A stretch of DNA of 64,000 nucleotides from Trichoplax adhaerens (lineage: Eukaryota > Animalia > Placozoa), in NCBI RefSeq assembly GCF_000150275.1, contig NW_002060953.1, positions 2,181,670-2,245,669 on the forward strand, given 5' to 3'. The position numbers and the translations under genes are program-made. The notes under the pieces are model-generated. The model worked only from the letters and a program-made list of their open reading frames with translations, did not search any database and was not told the DNA's origin. Shown in pieces: positions 11,077 to 25,100 of this stretch (the stretch's first letter is position 1; every line of letters starts with the position of its first letter).

Positions 11077-13622
11077 CTGTGGGATCTAATAGAGTAAGTA
11101 ACTGATAGTACCTTTTTAAAAATATTCAAATATTAAGAAAAAATGGCCCAACTATTGCCATTTTATTCACATTCTAGTATCAAGATATTAAGTAAAAGGC
11201 GAAATAGCTGGAAGCAAATTTATTTATAGATTGATTGAACTCGGTCAAGGTGAGGACTTCAAAAGTACCATTGGAAATTCGATAACTCGATTAGAGTATG
11301 ATTCAGGCATTATGCTTAAATTCCATTTCCTACTTCGTTCCTGTTTAAGATATTTGCTTTAATTTAATACTTGCCTATGCATAACCAGCTGAATGAGGTA
11401 TTTCTGAGTAAGTCTTGTAGTTTAATAATGACCAAGTCTCCTTGAATGATTGCTATTGCAATTCTTGTTTCTGACGAGATTATGACTACCTTCAGACCTC
11501 CTTGCCTTGCTAATAAAATCTATATGCATATTGCCATTAAATCGGAAAATGGTGTCATATGTTGCATTAGAAAAAATGGAATGGATTACTCAATTTGGCA
11601 GAAGTAATTTCGAAAGAAGGGATTGCTTGATAATGACCATGCCATTAATAGAACGTTATTATAATTGTTTCAATTTTAGATCTTTCCAATGATTAAATGC
11701 TTTCTGACGAATTATTCTTTATTAAATATCGTAACTAAACTAATAAATGGCTACAAAATATTCAGCAGTATACATAATGGATTTTCCTAAAAGATTAGTT
11801 CTCTTTCATGTAATTTACTAGAAAAAATTCCTCCTTAAGATATGCAACATAACGTGAAAAAAACATTATAGTAGGATTGATGAGCTAAAAGGCAGCCTAA
11901 ATCAATGATCTAACAGTAAGTTCTTTACTGAATTGCAGACCATTAAACACCTCTATACTAATTTGTAAGCATAAGTAAATGCTATACCATTGCATATTAG
12001 CTCCCTATAAGTTGGTCTGCTAGTTAAGTAACCATAATTGATTGCATCTATTGCATGATAGTTAAAAATACATGAAATTGAGCTTCAAGTTCACACTATG
12101 TAACTAGGGTGCAGATGTACAGTATAAGAAAGGTATACCATAAATTAGATGAATTCATCATCAATAATAATAATTTAATTTATTCCGAATAAAAAGGTCC
12201 CAAGTTGTTCTCTGAAGTCGCGTTATATGACGTATAAAAATAGTTTTAGTTATAGCCAAAAGTTTAGTCTCAATCTGATCTCATAAGACACGCAGAATTA
12301 TGAGGTAATTTCTATTATTTGGATATAGGGAGAAAAGAAGGTAAACTGTCATACATTAATATGTGCGGTAAATATTAGACCTGTACAATTCATTTCACGG
12401 ACTTAAAAGTGTTTGTCGTAGTTGATCAACACTATTGTACTACTATAGCTATTGAAATCGTACCTCTAATAAATTCATGTCAAATTTAGTTGGGGTGCGG
12501 ACATGATTTGCATGCCATAAATTCGATAATTCTTTCTTTTTAAACTAACATGGACCATTATGGAAAGGGTAAGATACATTGTTAGCCAAAGGCGACTAGT
12601 AAATTAGCATATGACATGATCTAATAGTCACAGCAGGATAGAAACACTTGAGCAAATGACTTATTCTGATTTTATTGATCGATCATATTTGAATCACTTC
12701 GGTAGAATATCCCATATTAAAATTTGTTTGAATACAACACAACATCACAAACATGGATTGTAAGATCATAAAAGTTATTATGTAGATATATTTTATATAA
12801 TTTTTATGCTACATAAAATTGGATTACAATTTGTCTTAACGTCAAGCCAGCAATCAATTGTAATTTTTATATCGTACTGTATTCGCCTGCGGCCATTTAG
12901 TGCATTTATAGACACCTTAATTAAAAAAATAAAGACTTTAAGTATAGTACTGATATCGATACGACTCAGATGATAGTTTCCTAGTGATCGTACCGTCGTA
13001 AACTTAAAAGTTATCAAGACAATATCACAGGATATTATTCAAGTTCCATAACTTTGAGAAAAACAACTGTAATCGCAAATGAAATAGCAAAATCAAGACA
13101 AAAATTGATAGCATCCATTGTATAATATAATTAATATTTACATATTCCAATCAAAATTTTTGTACTCTGAACACATTCTGCAAGTGATCGTTTAGTATAC
13201 AGTAAAATAAATTTAATGAATTACAAGTACAAATATAGTAATTAGGTCAAGTTTCCAAAAAAAAGATAGTATTCGCTTATCAATAAATTTAGGATGTCAT
13301 ATCCACCCCTCTATTTTATACCTATCAATACGATCAAAAAAGTATATTACATGCCTCGTTTGCTCTTCTTTTCTAACTCAATTAGCTTAGAGCATAATAG
13401 ACAATATGTTGCTCACACCGTAGTTGCCTCCATTAGCATATAAAACTGTATATTGGAAATTATGTACCAGTCCTCAAATCAATTTTAGTAAAGTAGTAAT
13501 CATTATACAAAATAGTGCACACGAGTGAGCGGTGAACTTTTGATAATTACAAGTTCAATTAGTTAGATATATTCCTGATGTAAAGTGAATTGGTAATCGG
13601 GACGAAAGGTATCAAGGTAGGC

Positions 13623-16600
13623 TTAAAATGTCGCTTCCTCAACCGATAGCTGGCCTTCTTGCTCCTTTTCTAGTAGTTTAATTTGAACCTTCAGATCTAT
13701 GCAAGCCTGACGTTGCTCATGAATTTTCGTAAATAGCTCGTCAAGATGTAGCTGTAAAGTTATTAGTAACAATAGTCAGTTTCATAAGATATCAAAACGC
13801 TACAATCAAAGCTTGATTACTTCCAATTCTTGATTCTCCTTTGATAATCGATCATGCAATTCTTGTTGTTCGGCTTCAGATAGCATTTCCTATGAAGAAG
13901 TCATAATTCAGAATCAGTTGTATAGAAATATTGACTATGTCTAATGATAGCATTAGATATATTACATCTCCATTCTCTACTGCAGCATCGGAATTCTCCT
14001 TTAACTGTTCCGTTAAGGTTGCAATTTCCTCCTGTGGAAGTTAAATACATGAAGTGAAAGAGGTACGGTACATTACGCTAACAATTACGGTATACGGCCG
14101 ACAAAAAGGCGAAAATATTGCACTTTAAAACAATGATAATCTGATTACATTAAAATCGTTAAAATGGTATGCTGAATAAGACATTTACGACACAGAAACT
14201 CTTCTACAGCAAGTACCTTTATATTCTCAATCAATTTCTTTTCAGCATCGATCATCTCTTGCAATTCGTCATGCAACAGTAACAATTCCTGCCAAGTTGA
14301 AAAAGCATGGATTGCTTACTGTTAGTATACGTATTTACGACAACTAATAATGTAAGCTTTCTGCTATAGCTGTTACAACCTGGTTTTCGAGCTTGCAAGA
14401 ATCTTCTGCGATAGGTACTGAATCTAAATCTTGTAAGGCAAATTAGATTCTATTAATCAATATACCTCTGCTAAAAGCTGACTAATTCTTTAATACCGTC
14501 TTCTAATTTTTCTTTATCAGTATCCAGTGGCATAGCTTGATCCAAAGATTTAGCTACTTTTGTTGCTAGACGACGCTACAGGCATATTATTGACAACATC
14601 ATGAACAAATTTTAATAGTGAAAATTCTTAAAATGGCTACAATAATAGCTTTGCAAAGTACCTGTCTAGAAAGTTCCGTAAGCTTTCTTTGAGCAGCCCA
14701 TAATAATTCTGATTTCTTCTTATGCTATTTATGATATATTTCATTGCATTAGCTGAAGTTCAAAAGCAGAAACTAAAACGTAGCAATAATTTGATTATGA
14801 ACATACTTCCTTTCCAGACTTTGGTAATTTGCGTAGACTATCATGAAGGCTATCCAACTGACTTTCTACCTCGGCGATGGTTTTATTTAATGACCTGTAC
14901 ATAAGGGCAATAGCTGGTTAACCGATTAGCAGCATTATTTGAAAAAGTTTTATTCGGTAACAATAAATCACACTTAATTATTTAATATCTCTCCTTCTAC
15001 AGTATTCAATGTTGATTCTTACTCGACAGTTTCTTCAGCAGACTTTTGTAGGCTTCTATCAATGTTTAAAGTACGTCATGCAACATTAAATAACAATAAT
15101 CAATTCATATAGAAACAATTTCATTATTTTTATCATCCTTTACAACAATCTATACGTACGCTTCAAATGGTATGTCACTAAATATTTCGTCGGCGTGGTT
15201 TAAAAAAGCTGTAATTACAGGGGTTGGCAAGTGCAAAGTTGGACCAAGAACGATCACCATATTTGGTAACGTCATCTTGTTGACACTTTCCTAAAGTTAG
15301 CATTGGTTTCATTCAAAAATTTCATTCGTTCTATAAACAAGGTAATATACTTGTTTATACCGTAAATGACTTACATTTTTGATAACATTGGCTACATGTT
15401 TAATAATCCAGCATATCAGTGTTCGATTAGGAAGGGGAAGTTGTTGTACTAAAGCTTTAATAGGCTCCCAACTGCCGTCTTTGAGTGATATAGCTGTAAT
15501 CAATGATCGTATAACAATGGTCAATTCTATTATTTAAACCTCTCGCAACACCGGTACGATGGAATAGAAAATTATTGTGGTTCTTTTATTACCCGACGCT
15601 TCCTCAAACTTGTCAGATAATTCACTTGTAAGTAGATTGCAAGGTAATTCTCTTAAATATAGTTTTAGTAAACCAGCTACACTATCAGGATCAGCGGTGG
15701 AAAAATCGATAGTCCCAACTAGAAAAATAAAGATTTGCAAGAAAGTAAATTAATACTTATACAGTACCATGAGGTTACAATTCCGAATAGCATGGAAAGC
15801 GGTAAGTAGTCGCGAATTTTTTTATTTACAAGTGGGATAGTGCAAAAATATTAGTCATCAAGTCTAACAACTGACATGGAAAGAAATTAGTGATAAAATG
15901 CAGTGACGAAATGGTTCTAATTACAAGTTATTGAACAAATTACCGCTGTCATACTGAGCTCTATAAGCCATAATTTTCGATTTGGTACCAGATACACGAT
16001 AGATACCTTCACTATGAATACCTAAAAAGCAATAGAGAAGAGTTAATACAATGTATATTGTGCTATTGACGGCTAACTTTACCATCATTTGAAGAAGCTA
16101 GGGTGAATTTGTTTATTAACTTAACAACGAAAATTATTAAGCAATTGGATAATACGCAGTTCATGTTGACCGTAAACAATTGAGAAGAAAATGTAGACAA
16201 TGTGATATCCTTTTAATTTTGCTATGAGCTACGGTAATCTAATTTAATAGGTGATTGTGATGAATACTGTAACTACATGAATAATATTTATTTATTATAC
16301 TGATCTACTATTGGACGTCAATTTACTGTCCGGCATATTATATATGATGATGCAAACAATAAAATGATAAGTACAGAAGGCGATTGATTTCGGCCAGTTT
16401 GCTATTGATAAGACAATACAACTTTTAAATTAGCTGATCATAATGAATTTTTAATTGGTTGTAATCACATTGTAAAAAAGAATAGTAAGTAGTTGAGAAT
16501 CAAGATATTAAATAAAATGACTAAGTATTATCGCATAGGGTAGTAGAATGTTCTGTCTTTACCTGTCCTTTCTAGGTATTGAATACATTCGTAAATAACT

Positions 16601-18594
16601 CGAGGCAGACAAATGTTATGGGTATTGCTACTTCGTTCTATAGCAACTTCTAGCGGTACGCCAAATACTGGTTGAGCATCTAAAAAATAAATAGATGATT
16701 AACAAACAGCGTCCATTACTACTGTAGCATCGTTATACTTTTACTACTGTAGTCATGAATACCCTAACATGTCGGTGTTAATTTCATTTATCAAGTCGTC
16801 TAATTTACATTATCGCCAGTCGATTACGGACGATTGGCTGATAGGGTAGTTTAATTATACCTTATTGAAGTGATTATTTAGCCAGTAAAAATGCGTCAAT
16901 TATACCATGACATAAAGTCTAGACTAGACAATATTTTTTTGTCTTGTCTATTTCTCGTATAGCTTGCAAAAAGTCAATCAACCGGTGATTTTGCAAGTGT
17001 TCACTTACAGCAATACGATCAGCATCTTAATTCTATACTATGACTCAAGATTAAGATATGGAGCCATGAATGACTGGATGATTGATTAAGAGAGTAATCT
17101 ACGCATGGAGAATGTTGCTACTAATACAAGGTTGTTGCTTTGTAAATAGTGCACGAACAAGAAAGCTTCTACTACAATTGCTTGTTTAATTGGATCACGG
17201 CAAAGCTTTACAATATAAATAGTGCTTATGAATAAATCAACATCATCGATCCTCCTCGTCGTTGGGGCTAGTAGTATCATTTTGAAATGGATTGGTAGTC
17301 CGCTGTATTAGTACTTGCAATTACTTGGTATAGCCAGGGACTCCTGTAAGGCCAATTCTTCAAGTCCCTGGTCTAGCTGTGGTTGATTTTGATATTTAGG
17401 CGTAAAATGATGTGATGGAAAATGACGTCAGCAATCAAAATGATGCATCGAATCGGCAATGAAACATAAACGGCGTATTGGGGATGTTGTAAACGCTTAA
17501 AATAGCGTCCATTTCCACTTGAAAAGTAGAAGAGTCTATATGCATGTCTTGGTCGGAAATAGTCTATGCTTGCATCTTATGATGACAAGTGGATTTGAAC
17601 TTAGAATAAGAGTACAGTACAGTAGTTGTGTTGATGCGATGTTTTTTTTTGGTCCTTTTATGGCCAAGGGCTAGTTGCTGGGTATTTCGATTACCGTTTA
17701 GACGTGAAGAATAACCTACCTGAATTTATTGCTTGAGCGGTTGTAGTATTAAGGCCAGCATCTCCAGGTTTCTTTACTTTAAAGCGGCCTCTCATTAAAT
17801 TTTTAACAAAAGAGCTGCTCTTCTTGACTTTAGCAGTCTTTTTCTTGCTTTTACCACCCCTATAAAAGATGCAAATGGCAATTAGCATCGATCACTACGC
17901 TGTCAGTGAATTGGTTATTATTATCTTATCCTATTTGTGACAAGGGAAATCAACCACAATCGATCCTTGGAAGAGATTCTGTCTCTTTTAGCATTATTTT
18001 GATCAACAGTATCGCTATCCATCGTCGCTTGGAAGACGAATGAATCACGACATTGTAGGCCGATGAAAATGGAAGGCATGAAAAAATGTTGACCGCAAGA
18101 TAAAAGCTGTTGATTTAACGTTAGTCCACCTAGACGATATGATCGACAATACCTCTACCATGATCTATCCATGATGGTTAAGCTAAAAAGAATTGATTTG
18201 GAACAATTTGAGTGTCCAAGATAGCGATCGCTGTTGAAAATATTCCTATTTTCAACAGTCGATAGGGGATGGTATCGAGGAAAGAGGAGTCTACCACCTC
18301 CCACTCGATCCCAATCTTCTATAGACAAGTATGTCTCTCATCGGGCAACATCGATACTGTATAGACATGGATCACCAACTACTGGGAGAAGCATAGCGCA
18401 AGTTTGGTAAAGCAAACGATCCATCGATCGATCATTTCTTACTTGGTGATGGTGTTGCCATCGTCTTCATCATCATCACGAAATTTCACTGCTTCCAATT
18501 TGCAGTCTTCATCATCGGAATCCATGGTTAACGTTTCTGTTTCCGCCATTGCATGAGTATGCAGTCTCGATGCACCTTTCCGATTGACAGCCAT
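13623..18594 (-). CDS. RALBP1: RalA-binding protein 1 (RLIP76)-like RhoGAP, multi-exon
   Basis: Acidic then Lys-rich N-terminus. RhoGAP motifs PVFGVPLEVAIERS, LPRVIYECIQYLE, EGIYRVSGTKSKI, SVAGLLKLYLRELPCNLLT, NKMTLPNMVIVLGPTL. Ral-binding-like LWAAQRKLTELSRQ and coiled-coil end IHEQRQACIDLKVQIKLL; stop at 13625-13623. The first exon (18594-18443) is less certain. Confidence 0.88.
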
Positions 18595-19134
18595 TTTGCT
18601 GCTTGTTGACTACTGGTCAAGTCGGCCTTGGGTATGTCAGTGGTCAGGCAGGTCGATCGACTTGTGCGTCAACCCACCAGCGTTACAGTCGATACTCTAC
18701 AGTACGCCAGTGGTGCACCGCTAAGGCATGTCGGCAGGGCCGCTGGCGCTGGACACCGTGTAGTCGCTCAAGGCGAGGTAAGATCAAGTAGTCTTATTAT
18801 GCAGGATGGAGTGAGTTTGTAAGCTTGTAGGGCAATCAAGCACAGTGGATTCAGTCTGCCCTTTCCAAGTGCTCATTGCACTGTAGGCCAAAACGACTGT
18901 CGCCTCCACTCTACTAGTCTTGCCATAGTCGTCCATGGCTCTCCTGCTGTGTACTGAGTGGTGCCATGATCCTGTGGTGATGCGTGTGCGTACAGTACAT
19001 ACTGTACTAAAGTACTGTAGAAAACCAGGGCTGTACTGTAGCCCAGGGAGGTCCGCAGTTGGGCTTAGCCTATCAAAACGCCTTTCTCTGCCAGACTATC
19101 CTCCATCGAGCAGACCTCTGCAGACAACGAGGTC

Positions 19135-20167
19135 GTGCGCTGATAGTGCATTGGAAAATGGACATCACATACTGTAGAACCCAACCAAAGTGCCTCAACG
19201 TTGCGGCAAATCACCACTCCACGTTCAAAGTGAAGAACCAAGGTGTAAAACATTTGCTTGGTGCAGTTAAGAAGGAGGTAGCAAAGCAAAACACGACGTG
19301 GTGCAATATTTTGCAACAGTTCGTGAAATGGGATTGATCGACGAACTGGCTGCTTCCATCAAAAATGATATTGTGCAATAGCATTGCAATCCAAATCGGA
19401 TACTGCATCAGTGAATGCGCTGACATTGCATTGGAAAATGGACATCACATACCGTAGTACCCAACCAAAGTGCCTCAACGTTGCGGCAAATCACTGCGTG
19501 GTGTAATATTTTGCAACAGTTCGTGAAATGGGATTGATCGACGAACTGGCTGCTTCCATCAAGATGATATTGTGCAATAGCATTGCAATCCAAATCGGAT
19601 ACTACATCAGTGAATGCGCTGACATTGCATTGGAAAATGGACATCACATACCGTAGTACCCAACCAAAGTGCCTCAACGTTGCGGCAAATCACCACTCCA
19701 CGTTCAAAGTGAAGAACCAAGGTGCAAAACATTTGCTTGGTGCAGTTAAGAAGGAGGTAGCAAAGCAAAACACTGACGTGGTGTAATATTTTGCAACAGT
19801 TCGTGAAATGGGATTGATCGACGAACTGGCTGCTTCCATCAAAATGATGTTGTGTAATAGCATTGGAATCCAAATCGGATACTGCATCAGTGAATGCGCT
19901 GACATTGCTTGGAAAATGGACATCACATACCGTACCAGAGTGCCTAAGTTGCGGCAAATCACCACTCTACGCCAAAGGTGAAGAAGTAAGGTGCAAACAT
20001 TTGAGTGGTGAGGTGAAGAAGCAGTCAAGAAGCAGGTTGCAAAGCAAAACACTGCGTGGTGCAGTATTTTGCTGCACTTCGTGAAATGGGATTGATCTAC
20101 AAACTGACTGCTTGCATCAAAATAATATTGTGCAACATCATTGGAATCCGAGTCGGATAGTACATCG
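19135..20167. repeat. Tandem array of a ~280-bp unit (4 copies, one internally deleted)
   Basis: Marker tgc(a/t)ttggaaaatggacatcacatac at ~19147, 19427, 19626 and 19906 (spacings 280, 199, 280). The last copy is the most diverged. Confidence 0.95.
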
Positions 20168-22166
20168 AATACTATGGCAATGAAACTTCCATACGTGAAA
20201 CACTTTAAACAAACGGATTAGTCATCAAGCGTTTTGATGGATGCTAAACCAGGAAGTTGCACTTCATGCTTCCACTTTGGCTTCCTTGTTTAGTTATAGT
20301 ATGCACCATTCAATTTTCAATTGAATCCAGATTATACCATGAACAGATACCTCCACCCAAGGCTGCAGCTTGAGTGGCATGATAACTGTCCATTTTTCCC
20401 ACAACTTACTAGAATTTCATTTTCAATTCAGGTCTGCATTCTGATAGGCTTGACGTTCTGTCAGCGAAACGGTAACCAATGAATTTATCCTCCATGAAGA
20501 GATTTTATGCTTGTATGAAAGATTCCGCATTAGCATTCATTTCTTCCTTGACTTCTATGCTGAACTCTTTTAACAGAATCTTTGTACGATACTAAAGTGT
20601 AGCACAGCAAATAGAAACTATTTTTTATACTACCATACTTCATGCAGCTTAATCTTGCACAGCATAAATGATCTCATTCTCAATTCTTAGGCATACAGCA
20701 CTAGACGGTAGTAATTGAAAGCTTCTTGTTATAACATCAAAAGCGAGTTAGAAAGTACCGTGTACCCGTATGCCTGTGCAACAATAGGCATGCTACAGTA
20801 CTGCTTGCTTTCGAATGAATCCATCTCAAATTGAGGATTTACAACGTTTGCATTGAACTATCCGAGAAGATAATGCATTCTTAACAACCTGTAAAACCTT
20901 GATGTCGCGAATAATAGTTCAACAGCTTCAAATCTTGGAATCATTTATGACCAAGATTTCAAAGTATTCATAGAGTGCATGATTTAGCACAGTTTATCTG
21001 TCAGATCATGGTGCTGACGAGTGATCGTTCAGCAGCTTCAAATCTTCAAATCAAGCTTTTAACCAAGATTTCAAAGCAGTGATGAATCCTAGACCATGGA
21101 CTACTAAAATTTTGAGTAGTCCATGCCTAGACTTCCACCAGTTCATGATTTAGTACAATTTCTGTACCATCTCATTATGTTACTAACGCGATCGAGTGCT
21201 AATACGATAAGTTTTGAAACTGTATAGATGTCATAGATAAACTACAAGACTCATTCTTCAGATAGGATAGCATAACCTCTACTCAAAAGTCAATCAAACT
21301 GAAGGATCCTCAATATCAGTAAAGCACCGTGGTCAGATTCATAGAACGACTAAAGTTTCTGCTACACACTTAGCCTAGAGGAGTAATTGTAGAAGGGAAC
21401 AAATGGGAATACGTTGCCCGCGTAAGATAAAGCGACACCATAATAAAGTTAAGTTAATCCAACTGTGATACCCAATGAATGATCCATCGCGCTATCATCT
21501 GTTTCCAAGAAAAAAGCCAAACGCTAGAGTAAACTTCAAAGCAACCGAGCCTATTGATCATCAGTATGCGAGCACTTTACTGCATTCATAGCTAATCAAA
21601 ATAGGGGCTTGCCCATTCCATCGGTGCTCCATTGAACAGATTAAATTGAAGTAACCCTAATTTTAACGAGTCCAAATAGGCTTGCAAGATTGCAATTATG
21701 CAAATGAGGAGAGTATGCTAGTAGGCATCCAATCAGATACTGCTCGAAGCAAACACAAACATATTGCCTTTTTTATTTCAAGGCCATCGTTTGCGGCCAA
21801 CTGTCTTGCAGACAATCTCTCTATTGTTGATCTCATGTTTACGACGTTGGGTAGAATCGTCGAATGGATAACGCATTATTCGAGGCATGAATCATTCGGT
21901 CAGCAATTAAAAAGATTCTTCCTGTTGTACAACTTAAACCATTTTCTACCATTACATAGGAAGCTGCTGGCCGATTGTTAAGGAGACAATTTCTGAGAGT
22001 TTACTGCAATTAGCTACATTAGACCATCAGTGGATCAAGACTACACGTAGTAACTTGATTGCTATCAATCCCTTTGAAGAATTACGTAACTATCAAAATA
22101 AAATAAAATAAAAATTAATTCCCTCATCGTTTGTAACCAGATCGCGACTGGCCTTTCTAGGATAGC

Positions 22167-25100
22167 ATGAAAGCCATCACGTTTAATTCTCTCCTGCTGC
22201 TGTTTGCCGCGGTTGTATTACTTCATTGTATGGCTGTCGTTCAATGCCAGAGTGAACATGGTAGCCAAGATACTCATCAGACCAGCCATGGATCCAATCA
22301 AACGGATCATTCAACCGATGAAGAAGGCCAAATCCGCGTTGCTGGATTTAACTTTGTCCATGTCCAGACACCGTTCATTATCTCAATATTTATAGCTGTG
22401 ATCATTATTTGCAAAATAGGTAAAGTGTGTTCATCGACCTAGCTAAGAGCGTAGATACTCTGCCATACTAGATTGACAACATGATTGGATGCGATGGTCC
22501 AATTCTAATCAGGAATGGACGATAGAGCCAACTGTGATTTATCGTAGCTATTTGTATGAGTAAACATAAACATTCTATGCGGTATATTTCTAACTACGCT
22601 ATTGAAGGTGAAGAAAATGCGACTTTTCAATCGAGTGAGAGTAAATTGACCTTGGTGCAGTAGAGTTAGTGTCAGTAATATACCGTGGCATAGAATGAAT
22701 TCTTCATCACTTGATAATCTACAGTATATCACAACCTGACTATCGTTCCCCATCTTAATTTTCATAAATTTCATACGACTATGAGTCATTCACGCCTTCA
22801 AAAACTTGAAAATATCGTATCCGTATATCACAGTTTTACTATATATATTTCCAAAGTGCTATCTTAAACATTCAAATGATGTTGAAATCATGCATTCGAA
22901 CAATTTTAATCCATCTTTCGATCGAATATTTCGCTAATGACTTCATATAGATTTATTGATACGCCCATCTCGAACATTCATATGGATGACATCATTTCAA
23001 ACTATAGTTGATGATGGCCCCTAACTCATTTTTAGACTATCTGCAGTATCGCCATTGTATCTGTTGTAAATTGAAGTGAATAGTATGATTCATTCCTTAG
23101 ATACACTTTGCTGCTTTCCGTTTCCCTAACCATTTTTTATTTTTATTCTTTTGCTAATTGGCTTGTAGTCTTCCATCGATCAGAGTTCCTAACTTCAACT
23201 ATTCCAGAATCTGTGTAAGTACCGGTAACTGTTTGACTGCCTATTGCATATATCAATGCATTTCAAGCTTTCTACTACCAATCTTGATACATCGATGGAC
23301 CTGGCTGCAGAATCTTTCATTTTGTATCAGCTACTAATGCACTACGACACCTTATACTATGATTATTATTGATTGTTGATAAATTAGACTACTAATCGTC
23401 GTTGGCATAGCTATGGGAGGATTCCTATCGTAAGTTACTATAGCCGCTTAATGGAGAGGATATTAAATGAAATGCAATAACTTCAATAGCTTAAATCACG
23501 ACATCGAGCAGTTTCTGCTAAAATAGAGACTGGCACACACCTAGATGGGGTTCATATCATAAATGGAATGCCAACACTACTATCTTCACAATCTACAAGT
23601 TAAATTTGTAACATTACGATTACCTTTGCTTGTTTGCAATGAGTATATCATCAGATGCGAAATAGAGACTTACAATGGAAAATATTGTCGCCATTGGTTG
23701 TAATATCTTCTGTGTTTGGGTAAATTCAAAATTCAACTAATTAATTGACTGATCTGATGCTTAAACAGAGCCTTCAATGTACAATATTCCTTGGAAACAA
23801 CTATTTTCTTTCAGTTCCTACTACCGCCGTAAGTATGGATTGATAGGTATTAGATATTGCTTAAAATGTAGCATCCATCAATACATGCGAGTATTATACT
23901 TAATTTATTTAATATTCGTAAATCAGAATTTCTCTACCCTAATTGACCTAATTTCAGTACGTTCTAGTACTAATCTATGGATTTACTGCAGTAATGACTC
24001 CGACTTAAAGTAGACGGTCTTTCAGAAATACACTCACTAATCTATCATATCTTCACATACTCAGCATCGTCTGTAGCATCTGTTAAAAGTACTTTTTTAA
24101 TTTTTGATGATGGATTGCTGCTGCAATAATTAATATTATTTCCAACTTGAATCCTACGACAAATAATTTTAAGGGCCAAATCATACTCACAAGATAGCTA
24201 CAGACTTGCCCTAATGTTTAAATTTTTTTATCTGACCAGAACAATTGTTTCTAACATTTTTCCAGTTTAACTAATACTACTTCTGTAGAACATTGCTTAG
24301 TACGAATTCACCTTCAGATGATAAAACCCTCATGGTGACCAATGTATATATATAACGACCGTAAACTGACATTTCTTTATTAATAAATCTAGAATCATGC
24401 TGGAATCTGGATATTTTCTATATAACAAAGTCTTCTTTAGCAATCTTGGCACTATCTTATTATTTGCATTTATTGTAAGTTATTGGTCATATTAAATCAG
24501 CAATAGTCAATGCTTATCACGTTGAGTTTGCTTACTATTTCTCGAAACTAAGTTCTATCATATGTTTGATCATATAGGGGACTTTATTTAATGCAATGGC
24601 AATCGGTTCGTCCGTTATTTTGAACTTATCGGTGCCATTATCTATTTTGTTTTTAATCTATTCTAAAATTACTCCCTAAAAAATAACTTAGTTCTTGGAA
24701 ATTAATATCGGATTACAGTTTATTTTTTTTGTGATTTATGTAATTCTTACCAATCTCGCAATTCTGTAACTTATTTTAAATTACAGGCAGTTCGCTATTT
24801 GGTTGTGTTGTTGGTGGCTTAACAGGAATTGCTCCTAGTAACATGACTTACCTGCACAGTCTGGTATTTGGCAGCTTAATTTCTGCTGTAGATCCAGTAG
24901 CAGTAAGTTCTCTGTTATGCATCATCGTTTCATCGCTTACATTGTACTCTAGCTATAGTTAAATTACTTATTGCATTCTTTCAATTCATTCCATTTTTAG
25001 GTAATTGCAGTATTTGATGACGTCCACGTCAATGAGCAGTTATACTTTTTAGTATTTGGGGAATCATTACTTAATGGTATTTTTTGTCTGAATTTTATTA

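Noticed and set aside
18603-20084. Numerous overlapping 60-120-aa ORFs
   Set aside because: By-products of higher GC and the 280-bp tandem repeat; no coherent frame or recognisable domain.
19135-20167. CRISPR-like array
   Set aside because: Long contiguous units without unique spacers, in a eukaryotic context.
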